Of a DNA stretch of 64,000 bases, positions 35,265 to 46,143 are shown in pieces; positions within the stretch are counted from its first letter, which is position 1, and every line of letters starts with the position of its first letter. Under the pieces are notes generated by a model. The model saw nothing but the letters and a program-made list of their open reading frames with translations. It was not told where the DNA came from and searched no databases. The stretch is from the NCBI GenBank assembly GCA_973895155.1, contig OZ316893.1:3330490-3394489 (forward strand), given 5' to 3'. The position numbers and the translations under genes were made by a program. The stretch comes from Marsupella aquatica (lineage: Eukaryota; Plantae; Marchantiophyta).

Positions 35265-38200
35265 TGTCACTTGCCTCTCCAACGGTTAATACGTGCAAAC
35301 CGCACTTTTCTTCGCTTAAACCGTTGGTATCGTATTACGGGGTCGTGGAGGGACGCTATTTGGATTCTTTTCACACCAGGATGAGTATTTTGGTTTCCGC
35401 TCCCGGAAATGTAGGTTTTGATCAAGTCTACCGACTACCCTCACCCCACAGCTTTTGATCAAGTCCTGCCGACTACCCCACTACACCTTCACTCGGAGTC
35501 ACCCAAAGAGTGCTGTCACCACCCCTACTCACAAGGCCGACTCAAACCAAGCAAGTTTCTTCAAATCATAGAACGGGAGAACACAATTCGGAAAGCGAAA
35601 AAGGGAGAAGGAACACACAACAAAAGCCCATCAAGTCAAATGTACAGATCCATATCTCTTGGGAAAAAACGATACACATTGCATGAGTAACCCGGCCTCC
35701 TGCCGTCTACTCAACTCCTGCCTCTCCGGACAATGAGTATGGCTCCCCCTCACTACTCTGAACACGCTTTCAAACTCCTCAGGCTCCACTCTATCCCTCC
35801 TTGCTAACTTCACACTGAGTCCCCCTAACTACTTCGGGGCTATCCCCCTAAATACTGAAAAATCACACCAAAGCACCCCTCACAGGGTCACAACGGTGGC
35901 GGCTACCCTAGCGGCGCCGCTAAAACCTTGCACTAAGAGAAATCCTTAAACTGAAGAGGAGCATGCGGCACACACATGCTGCTAAAACCCTAAACCCAAA
36001 ACAAGGGGGCCGACGGTGCCTTCGACGGCGCCCCAACAGTACACGTGAACCCTGAAAGTGAGAGGCACCCCAAAATGGCCGAAACTAGGTGCCCTTCCAA
36101 GTGCACACCTGAGCTCACCCCTGGATAGCTCTTCTTTTCCTGCTTCCGAATCACTAAGTCGCTCCCTCAACGGACTTCAGACGCCTGAGTTATGGCCGTT
36201 TCCGTACCGCAAAAACATAAGTTCTCCAGGCCATAACTTGCTCATCCTGGCTCCGTTTGAGGAGCGCCGCCTCTTGTTGGAATCAGCTCCGCGAGCTCAT
36301 CCCAACAAGCCCATGAGTGACCCCCCACTAAAATGTTGGAAATCTGGAGGCCGTACACCCACGTCCGTACGCCTATCTAATCCTCCTCTTCTTCTTCGCT
36401 CTCGGTGCCCGGACTTGTGCCCCGTGAGTGGTCCTCCTCCTCATCACTCACGGGAGTGAGTGCCACCGTACTTTTCTTCTTCTTCGACGGAGTACTCTTA
36501 GTGCTGCTGCTCCCGCGCTTCCTCAAAGCAGCCAAGGCCTGCCACGCCTTGATGTACCCCTCACCAATTGTGTCCTTCCAGAGGGTAGCCTCTTCTCCGG
36601 ACCGCAACTCCAACGGTAGAACTTGCCCCGTGGCCATGGGAGTCCCGGGGGTGACAGACCTGGGTGGCATCCCCGTACTGACCTGAGCCTCCCGTAACGA
36701 TTTCCGTACCTCCCGGAGCTTCTTCTCCAAGCTCTTACTCTTCTCCTGACTCTTCTTGGCTCCATCCAACAAGGGTCCATACTTCCCACTAACCTCCTTC
36801 ACCACCATCTCGATAGCTTGGGAGATCACATCCGGGGAAAGTGTGGAGCCAGGTGTGCCGGGACTCTTCCGTTTCCCTAGACTCAGGGCCTCACTTCTCT
36901 TCGCTCGTGTCTCAAAGGCTGCCACCTGACTCCGTAGTGCTCCCACCTGGTTCCTCCACTCCATCACTTCTCCAGAATTTTGCTTCTCTTTGGCCAATGC
37001 TTGCCTCAACGCTCCTACTTCTTCTGCTTCCTTGGCCTTGGTGGACAAAGCTCCCTTCAAGTTGGTGATCTCTACGTGAGCTGCATTGATGTGCCTGACC
37101 TTCTCATGAATGGTCTGCTCCTTGGTCTTGATCACCTCCTTCAGTGACAGGATGCTCTGCTCTAACGTCTCTACTTTGACTGTGGCGTGCTTGAGAGACT
37201 CCCTCAATGCGTGGACTAGCTTGAGTCCCTCGTGGACTCCCTCTCTGAAATCCCGTAGCTCTGCCAAGTAAACATCCGGAATGTTGTATTCCAGAGGCTG
37301 TTTCGGATCTCCCACGAGTGATTCAAGCCACTCCAATGTGCAATCATCCTCCTGGTTCTCTTCTTCTCTATTATCCTCCCCACCAGCAGACAATGATTCC
37401 TCCGTGAGCTTCCCTAAAACGGTAGTGGCAATACTCCGGATCTCCGTGGTGAGAGATGATCCCGTGTCTTCATGCCCCGGAGAACCAATCAACCCTTCTG
37501 CCCTGGCCAATACAAATGACCCCATCAAATGTACAGCCCCACCTGGTTTCACACTCCCGGGCTCAGCGGCCAATAGCTTCTTCAATCCGTAGCACCACCA
37601 TCCGTACACATGGGCTGGGTAGTTCTTGATGTCCATAGCTACCACGAAATGCTCCTCATTCAGCACTCCGGATTGCACGTTGCCAAGAACCCGTTGATGC
37701 ACCTTGGCCAGGAAGCCCTTATACTCAACATCCTTGACAGCAGAAAGAGGGATGGCGGTGGTGGAGGTAGGATTGGTCACCCAAGTGGCCACCATTTTCA
37801 ACGTGAGTTCTCCCCTGATATTCCGAGGTGTGAATGAGAATTTCTGATTCTCAAGAAACAATAGCTTAGCCAACTCCACATGGGGCACTACACGTTTGAG
37901 ACATTCAAAGTAGATTCCCTCCGTTCGGAACTCCATCCCGGCCTCAATGTCCCAGCTCTTCCCTGAAGGGATGGTAATCTCCACCTTCATGAATTCTGTA
38001 AGCCCGGTGGCTTGGAAAATGTTCCGACAATCCTCCATCACCTTGGTGGAGGTCTTGGGATAAATTCGACGAAAAATCTTCCTACCCACCGGTGAGGAAC
38101 CCGCTGCCAATCCCGTGCTCATCATAACTTCTCTCTCTTCCCTTTCCCGTGTAATCCGAGTCTCCACGTAGTCACGGTAAGCAGCCTTGTATCTCCGAAT

Positions 38201-39343
38201 GCGTGACGCACTAAACTCTGGTTGATCTAGCATCCATGCATCCCGAAATCAATTTCTCAATCACCAATCCCGTCACCCGTGGCAATGTCAATTCCCTGGC
38301 CCGAAACAGCCCCCGTAGCCCGATCACTTAAATTCTCTCAATTTCCCGTCACTACTCCGTGCGGCCGCCACTAATGCCTGGAAGAATGACGCCAGCAAGC
38401 CCCACTAATCCACCATGAAAGAGAGAGCTTCAAAAATAATTAGAATCTGGAGAGAGCTTTCGGCAAGAGAGAGAAGAACCCCGTTTTTGCTTTCGGCAAT
38501 GAGAGGGTCGTGCAAAAGGAAGAGGGAAAGAAAAAGGAAGGAAAAAAAAATAGAACCGAAAAAACTCCTGGCGCCTTCGCCATGCGCCCCGGCCCATTTC
38601 TCGGGCCTTACCCTTGCGTCCTCCTGCGCGCGGCCCTATGCAGGGCGCGCGGCCATTCCTCCCGGCTCGCGGGAGGCCCTTCAACTCCCCCCCGCTCGCG
38701 TGATCCTCCCAGCTCGCGGGAGGCCCTTTAACTCCCCCCCGCTCGCGTGATCCTCCCAGCTCGCGGGAGGCCCTTTAACTCCCCCCCGCTCGCGTGATCC
38801 TCCCAGCTCGCGGGAGGCCCTTTAACTCCCCCCCCCCGCTCGCTTGCGCTCCTTCAGCTCGCGGAGCCTCATTAATTGCCCGGGCACGCAGCCCTATGGG
38901 CTCGCGAGGCAGCCCCTTCAGCTCGCGGAGCCCCATTAATCGCCCGGGCACGCAGCCCTATGGGCTCGCGAGGCAGCCCCTCTTTCTCTCGGACGGCCAC
39001 TAATGGGACTCGCCCTCCTGAGGAGGGATTTATTTAAAAAAAAACCCCCCCCTCTCCTGACTTTGCAATGGGGGTCTCAACAATAGCTCTTGAAGCAAAA
39101 CGGTAAGTCCTATGGGGCTGGTCCTGGCTAGTTTCAAGGTCCCAAAATATTTGCCCACTTAGGTCGCCGCAAATCTTAGAACTATTATGAGAGAAAGAAT
39201 ATAAAGTCACCTGGGGCATCATCAACCTATAATGACGGAATTAACTAAAAATTAAAAAATGGCTTATTTACATTGACTATTAACAAGGTATCGGCCTTTG
39301 CAACCAGTTATGTGTGACTTCCCGTGACGGGGTACCCGTCACA
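35265..39343 (-). repeat. 5' LTR of Y (4079 bp)
   Basis: TG..CA direct repeat followed by PBS. Confidence 0.96.
36377..38233 (-). CDS. LTR-encoded 618-aa accessory protein, 5' LTR copy
   Basis: Translation identical to 25631-27487. Confidence 0.85.
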   Translation of the reverse strand: MLDQPEFSASRIRRYKAAYRDYVETRITREREEREVMMSTGLAAGSSPVGRKIFRRIYPKTSTKVMEDCRNIFQATGLTEFMKVEITIPSGKSWDIEAGMEFRTEGIYFECLKRVVPHVELAKLLFLENQKFSFTPRNIRGELTLKMVATWVTNPTSTTAIPLSAVKDVEYKGFLAKVHQRVLGNVQSGVLNEEHFVVAMDIKNYPAHVYGWWCYGLKKLLAAEPGSVKPGGAVHLMGSFVLARAEGLIGSPGHEDTGSSLTTEIRSIATTVLGKLTEESLSAGGEDNREEENQEDDCTLEWLESLVGDPKQPLEYNIPDVYLAELRDFREGVHEGLKLVHALRESLKHATVKVETLEQSILSLKEVIKTKEQTIHEKVRHINAAHVEITNLKGALSTKAKEAEEVGALRQALAKEKQNSGEVMEWRNQVGALRSQVAAFETRAKRSEALSLGKRKSPGTPGSTLSPDVISQAIEMVVKEVSGKYGPLLDGAKKSQEKSKSLEKKLREVRKSLREAQVSTGMPPRSVTPGTPMATGQVLPLELRSGEEATLWKDTIGEGYIKAWQALAALRKRGSSSTKSTPSKKKKSTVALTPVSDEEEDHSRGTSPGTESEEEEED

Positions 39344-40426
39344 AGTATGTTGACGCGCGTCGTCATAATTCCTGACGAACTTCGTCATGTCCTCCCCGTA
39401 GTACCTGCAAGTGTTCCAGGGGAGGGAGGCGAGGTGCTTGAATCCCTGAGTCTTCAGGTACATCGCATGCTTGGGATGGAGGATGTTTTTGTGAACGTTT
39501 TCCCCCATGCGGTGCATCGTCACCTTGGCTATGGCTACCGTGGCCAACGGTAACCCGGATGCAGTGGCGGATTCCTTCCTCTTCTTCCCCCGTGACTGGC
39601 TCGGGGAAGGTGACACCTCCCCATCCTCCCGATCGGGCCTAGGTAGTGCCACTGCCGTTAGTAACGGGCCCGGGTCGGCCACGGTCACCATGTTGTCTGT
39701 CGGGGCCGCTCCTGGGGTCAGAGCAGGGGGTGGGGACGATATAGTGTCGGCCCCCTGAGCGCTTGTTCCTCTGGGCCACCTGGTCAAGGGTGGGGTAGCC
39801 TCGTCGTCATCGCTAAGATCCATAGCGTTGATGATGGAGCGTACTTGTGCTGGCTGGGCGATCGGTGGTGGGGTTTGGCTAGGCTGCGGCTGAGGCTGAA
39901 GCTGAAGCTGAACCTGAGGTTGTATAGGTACGGGTACGGGTACGGCTGAGTTGGTCATATTGGTTGATGGCCGAGTTCCCCTGAAGCTCTGTAGGTGCTG
40001 GTAGAAGTTCTCTGAAGCGAGTGCAGACGACCTTGTCAAACGGGTAGTGCTGGACTCGCTATTGATGATAGCCCAAACCTGAGCAGGGATGTGGTCGAAG
40101 TGATGTCGTTGCAAGTCGATCGTACCCGGGATATTGAAGACCTCATCCGGAAGCCGAAGCAATGCTTCCCAGAACCCGATATATTTGTCTCCGTTGAAGA
40201 AGTACCCAGATACCTCTGCTGGTTGGTAAAGCTCGCTCTGAGACGGGTAGTCAAAGTTAAGGATGTAGTGGTGTCGTCCTGCTAGGCGGATGGCTCTCTC
40301 GTACTCGCGTTCGATTTCGTATCGGCCCGGGTTGGCGTGTTTCAATGAGTCGGCCAAGTGCCTTTCGGTAGATAGGAACTGCATCCAGAATCGAATGGCC
40401 GAGCTAGAGAGGATCGTGTGCGACAT
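39344..40426 (-). pseudogene. LTR-X accessory ORF, 5' part (361 codons), interrupted by Y
   Basis: ATG 40426; globular N-terminus, Q/P-rich linker, RGKKRK NLS-like motif, start of the conserved domain. Confidence 0.85.
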
Positions 40427-40527
40427 TCAGAGGAGATAGTAGTGGCGACTTAGAGCGAACGAGAGAGCTGGGGTCGAAGCTGGTGCGTGGACTGATGGAC
40501 TGGTGCACTACAAAGGGTTGGCTCCCC

Positions 40528-40534
40528 TTTTATA
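40528..40534 (-). promoter_or_regulatory. TATA box upstream of LTR-X ORF
   Basis: GGTATAAAAGGGG about 100 bp upstream of ATG, followed by a pyrimidine-rich leader. Confidence 0.6.
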
Positions 40535-41419
40535 CCTTGAGGGCTTGTCGATCCTCCGACGTCTCCTCGACGCCCATAGGCTGAACCGCTCATGCTTGTG
40601 GTGTGTCGGCCACTCCGCCGGTCTGAGTCAGCGCGTGTCAGTGGCCGCTTCCTTAAGTTCGTTATACGGACCCGAGGGAGGGGCCCCTCCACGCTCGTAA
40701 CTCGGGTGTGCGAATAGCGACCCGCCGCCAGTCCAAACCTGAATTCCCCCTTATTGCCTAATGATGTCCTACCCATAATGATTACCTAAATACTATTGTT
40801 ATGCTAATAATAGCAGCCTAAGACACTCCTAACGCGCGTGCTGAGCGCAATTAGACCGAATCACTCATTAACCGACGTACCGGCGGCGTCACAGGGTTTT
40901 CTACTTATAATTCTTGAATGTATTTTTAAATATAGATTTTATCAGTTTTATAGTGCACTTAAGGGTGCCAAAAATTATCAGAAATTAATTTTTTAGATAT
41001 AGTAAGGGTAATGTAAATGAAGGAAAAAATACTAAGAAGGGGTAGGCAAGGGGGCTTCGGTCACAGGGGGTACACTTAGTATACATAGAGTGAGGGCCTA
41101 GGGAATTGGATTCAAGACACCATTTGAAATGAGGTACGTGCGTCAAGCAAATTACTCGGTAAATTATTCACATTTGAGGTTTTTGGATGTGATGCTTATG
41201 TGCTTACACCTTCCCAGCTTTGGTCTAAGTTGGAGCGAGAGTTGGAGTCCAAGTTGAAGAAGTGCATTTTCCTTGGATATCAGAAAGGTGTAAAAGGTTA
41301 TAGGTTATGAGATCTAGTAACCTCTAAATGAGTTGTCAATAGAGATGTTTACTTTAATGAATCTAGATCTTCAAAGGAGAGGGAGAGTTCTCATGACTTC
41401 CATACTGACAAGGGAAAAT

Positions 41420-42057
41420 GACCTCATTCACAATTGGGTGTACCTCGCAGGAACCACTTTCAGGACTCAAAAACATGTTTTTTTAGTGAAAAATGACTTT
41501 TGTAACATGGGAAAAGCACCATCATGATTTTATCTCAAGACATTTAAGTCTAATTTTTTCACAAGACTATTTTACATGGTGTTACCTACCTCACCATGTA
41601 GATAAATCAAGTTTTCAATTGTTTTAAGGGATCCTATTATTGATGGCCCTAAATAAGCCAAAATTACTGATTATTTTTGTCCTATACATAAAGGTTTAGT
41701 GTGTGTCAATATTTGAGTTTTGAAATATAAGATTATTCTATTAGTATGCATGCTTTGGTAAAATTTCATTGTCTAAAATGCATTTTTTAGAGTCCTTTTG
41801 AGTCCTGAAAGGATGTGACCCGTTGCGTGACAAGTCCTTTTATCAATCTTTGAAGGACATATAAGGAAAGCTTCAAAATCTCAAATGCTAGATAGTTTAA
41901 TGAATGTTACCAACCTACAGGATGTTTATTAAGTATAGTACATCAAATTTTCTATATCATCTCATTACACCCTACAAATGATATCCTAAAGCATAATAAA
42001 CTATGGTCACTTTTGAGTGTGACGTTCCTTTTGGGTCCTCCAATTGTGAATGAGGCC
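41420..42057. mobile_element. Non-autonomous TIR element, Sola1-like
   Basis: TIR G(A/G)CCTCATTCACAATTGG; 4-bp TSD AAAT (AWWT); removal restores copia TDKGK|SLIPDPV. Confidence 0.75.
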
Positions 42058-42757
42058 AAATCTCTTATCCCGGACCCGGTTGGGGGGGAGATAAGTCATG
42101 ATAATGTTCATGATAGGAGAGAAATAGATGCTTCGGGTATGGAGCTAGTTCCAATGATGCAACAAGAGGAGTAGATTGATATTGGTGTACCTCAAATTTA
42201 GCCAGCAGCAACAGAAGATCAGTCTAAATCATCTACTAGAAGAACTCCCAATCATTCTACTAGAGCTCCTACTAGGTATGGTCAATGGGTTGATTCATCT
42301 AAACTAGATGATGTTAACATTGCGCTTGAAGATGATCATATGACATTGATCTTGGAAGAAGGAGAACCTTCTTCGTATCATGAGGCAAGTGCTTCAAAAC
42401 AGAAGCAAAAGTGGATTGTAGCAATGCAAATGAAGATGCAGTCACTAAAGGACAACAAGACTTGGGAGTTGGTCAAGCTTCCTAAAGGCCAGCAAGTGGT
42501 GGACATCAAGTGGGTTTACAAGCTGAAGGATCAGTCCATAGAAGGTGGATCAAAGGTCTACAAGACTAGGTTGGTAGCCAAGGGATTCACATAGGAGAAA
42601 GGTGTGGATTACAATGAGGTCTTCTCACCAGTTGCTAAGTACTCTACAATACAGCTATTATGTGTACTTGTTGTTTTATTTGGTCTATTACTAGAGCAAA
42701 TGGATATTGTCACAACTTTCCTCTATGGCAGCTTGGAAGAGGTCATCTTCATGAGAC

Positions 42758-43053
42758 CTCGGGGGTTTCACTTCCACAAAAATGGCATATCACGTGCGAC
42801 AAAGGAGAGGGTCATTTTATTGGTTCTAAGGGAAGACTTAAGAATTTTTGTAGAAGAACAATAGGGTCTTTTAAATTCAATTTAGAGACTTATAAGAATA
42901 TTAGGGTATTTTTAATCCAATTTTTAGAATATTCCAAGAATATTCCAACTTTATAGGGGTTAAAAATTTAAAAAAATTCTTACATTTTAGGGGGTCCGAG
43001 GCCTAAAAACGTCGCAGGCGATGGGGAGGTCCCCATATAGTGAGACCCCCGAG
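42758..43053. mobile_element. MITE family A, copy 2
   Basis: TIR CTCGGGGGTTTCACT / AGTGAGACCCCCGAG; 8-bp TSD CATGAGAC; highly similar to 20042-20339. Confidence 0.9.
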
Positions 43054-43380
43054 CATGAGACAACCGCTAAGTTTTCTAAAGAAAGGGCAAGAGGATTTGG
43101 TTTGCAGATTGATGAGATCATCCTTGTACGGGTTGAAGCAGTCACTAAGACAGTGGAATAAGAGGTTTGATGATTGGATCCGTGCATATAGGGTTTTCAC
43201 ATGAGTGTGTTTGATCCTTGTGTGTATCTTAAACCGGTGAAGAATGTTGTCTTTGGTTTCATTATTTTAGTACTTTATGTGGATGACATGCTTATTGCGG
43301 CCAATGATAGATCTGAGATTGTTTACTAAGCTCAAGGAAATGCTCAATGCAGAGTTTAAGATGAAGGACTTAGGGTTAGC

Positions 43381-45063
43381 CACTAGTACATTTTACCTCC
43401 TTTTTCCGATTCTCTCCACATCGGACGCCTTTGTAAAATAAAATTTGAAAAACCATATATCCGATACTACTAGCATCGCAACATGCCATTTTAATAGTAT
43501 CGGATATCGACAATCGGACTTCTATCGGAAAGTCCGATGGTGGGAGAATGGGAAAGTCCGATGGTGGGAGAATGGGAAAGTCCGATGTTAGGAGAATGGG
43601 AAAGTCCGATAGTGAAAGAATGGGAAAGTCCGATGCTAGGAGAATGGGAAAGTCCGATGGTGAGAGAATGGGAAAGTCCGATGCTAGGAGAATGGGAAAG
43701 TCCGAAGCAATCAAAATGGGATATGCATTTCAGCGGACGCGACATGCTCAGGTCACCCATCTCTTCCTTTAATTGGGTTTCTACTTTCATTTGGAACTAT
43801 GAGCTAGGTGCCCATCTCCCTTGACATGTGAACTCTTCAAATTTTCTCAACTAATTGGTCACCCATCCCAATTGCTATTCCTCCAACATGAGCTTAACTT
43901 TGTGGTTCTTATTCCTTACATTGTACATGCAAGCTTAGCACTTTTGTTGTTTGACTTAGAGTGTTTGGGGATTTTATACACTTGTGAGTTTACTAAGACC
44001 CATAATTTGGACCCATTCTTGATCCATTTTTCTCTATCATGAGATTAGATCTTTGCATCAAGTGACCTATTCTAGTTACCCTATTACATTCCCCTAGGAG
44101 AAACCAATAGAAATCTGGCAGGGGTCATTCATCGATAGTAAAGCCCTCCTTCATTAGATTTGATATGGGATAATTATGGCTTATTAGTTATGGATGATAT
44201 TTTGGTCCTTCCAAAGCCTCAGCGTCAATGGCTCCTGATTGTCTCATCTTTTATCAACTATGTTGTTGTTGGACTTGCAACAAAGACTACATGGGACAAG
44301 CAACCTCCTTCTAGATGATGTATTTTGGACTTGGCATGTTGAGCACATATTTCCGTAAGGGAACAATATGTTGGGTCTTGGAATGAGGCAAAAACAACAC
44401 TCAAGTCCATTTGCCTCAAGTATGAAGTTATTCATGCATGCAAGAATGATTGCATCTTTTGGGAAGAGCATGTCGGTGCAACCACATACCCCATCTAACA
44501 CATCAAAACTTTTCATTCTAACACAATAAAAAAAAATCTTTTTGTCATAACCAGACTTTCCCATACTCCCAGCATCGGACTTTCCCATTCTTCTAGCATC
44601 GGACTTTCCCATTCTTCCAGCATCGGACTTTCCTATTCTTCTAGCATCGGACTTTCCTATTCTTCTAGCATCGGACTTTCCCATACTCCCAACATCGGAC
44701 TTTCCCATTCTCCCAACATCGGACTTTGCCATGTTAGCACAATCGGATAAAATATCCGTTATTATTAACTACGGAAAGTTTCCGATCAATATTGTAACGC
44801 ACATCATTTTCGTTACAAAAAACATCGGACATATCAATCAAAGTTTCTGTTGAGGGATCCGATGTGTTTTCTAACGGATATGATCCGTTTTTTAACGCAT
44901 CAGAAAGGTTCCGTTGTCAATTATATCGGAAATGAAGATATCCGAAGCTGAGAGTATGGCATATTGCCATTTTTTGATAATCGGAATTTCCGATGCTAAA
45001 AGAATCGGACGCCGATTGTTCGCAAAAATTGAGCATCGGAAATCAGCTTAATATGTACTAGTG
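43381..45063 (+). mobile_element. Non-autonomous CACTA (En/Spm) derivative
   Basis: TIR CACTAGTACA / TGTACTAGTG; 3-bp TSD AGC; inverted 24-bp subterminal arrays (43528-43705, 44551-44730); transposase remnant YEVIHACKNDCI ~44421; removal restores copia MKDLGLA|KRILGME. Confidence 0.92.
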
Positions 45064-46143
45064 AGCTAAGAGGATTTTGGGTATGGAGATCACTAGGGAC
45101 TTAGAGGCTGGTAAGCTATGGTTGACGTAGAGCAATTATGCAAGGAAGGTAATTGCAAGGTTCAACATGGGGATAGCAAGCCAGTAAGTGCCCCGTTGGC
45201 TCCACACTTCAAGTTGTCATCAATTTTTTGTCCTACGGATGAGACAGAGAAGAGGCTGATGTCAAAGGTTCCTTATGACAAGGCAGTGGAGAGTCTCATG
45301 TATTTGATTACTTGCACTAGACTTGATCTTGCCATGGCTGTGGGCAAGGTATGCAGGTACATGTCAAATCCAGGGAAGGTACACTGGGAAGCAGTGAAGT
45401 GAATTTTTTGGTACTTGAAGGATACCATGTCCCAGATCATGGTGTTTTGTTTGATGCGCATACTGATAATCCGAGATCATTGATGGGATATGTAGATGCT
45501 GACTATACACGGGATCTGGATCGGAGGAGGTCAACAACTGGGTATGTATTCATATTTTGTGGATGCATAAGTTGGAGGTCTACTTTGCAAAAGTGTATTG
45601 CTCAGTCTACTACAGAAGTTGAGTATGTTGCAGTAGCAGAAGCAACGAAGGAAGCTATTTGGTTGGATAGACTTATCACATAGATGCCTTAGGATTGCCA
45701 CAAGGGAATGTGAGGCTCCATTGTGATAGTCAGAGTGCTCTTCACCTTGTTGTGAACCAAGTGATGGACAACAGAGTGAAGCACATTGACGTCAGGTACC
45801 ATTTTATCAAGCATGGTGTGCCTGATAATCAGTTTGAACTAGTCAAGATTGACGGCAAACTCAACCCGACTATCGCTTTTACCAAAGTGATTTATTTGGA
45901 GAGTTTCTCAAGACACTGTGCTACTTTGCAGGTTTTGCAGTTGAAGCACAAGTAGAGCTACTTAGCAATTTTTGTGACTTATTGTATATGGATTCCTCGA
46001 TCCTGTTAGGCTACAGCTTAATTCTAGTTAACCCTTAGTTAACCCATGGTGGTTTTTAGGGGGAGACCTATTTAGGTGATTTTCTAGAATTTCCCGTTAA
46101 GGATACTATATGGTAGCAATTAGTCTAGTCCCCAAGGGAGTTT

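Larger units (their letters stand above)
24519..39343 (-). mobile_element. Intact, very young non-chromovirus Ty3/gypsy LTR retrotransposon Y (Athila-related)
   Basis: TG..CA LTRs, TSD AGTAT (24514-24518, 39344-39348), tRNA-Asp PBS, PPT, uninterrupted gag-pol. No chromodomain and no extra RNase H seen. Confidence 0.97.
22065..40893 (-). mobile_element. Solo LTR family X, copy 2 (3999 bp after removing element Y)
   Basis: Termini TGTGACGCCGCCGG...CCGACGACGTGACA (imperfect inverted repeat, same TGTGAC..GTGACA ends as Y); 5-bp TSD GGGTT at 22060-22064 and 40894-40898; no gag-pol of its own. Confidence 0.88.
20807..41103. mobile_element. Non-autonomous TIR element B (~1.46 kb of own sequence: 20807-22064 + 40899-41103) hosting LTR X
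   Basis: 11-bp TIR CCCTAGGCCCT / AGGGCCTAGGG; 8-bp TSD CATTGGAT / AATTGGAT (1 mismatch); interrupts copia integrase SPSSAL|D..FKTPFE region. Confidence 0.8.

Noticed and set aside
24519-39343. 4.1-kb near-perfect repeat as assembly duplication
   Set aside because: TG..CA ends, 5-bp TSD, PBS, PPT and small inter-copy differences show real LTRs.
43528-44730. Regular 24-bp repeats as a CRISPR array or repeat-protein ORFs (SDFPIL, GEWESP, MGKSD)
   Set aside because: No spacers; they form inverted subterminal arrays inside a CACTA element with TIRs and a TSD.
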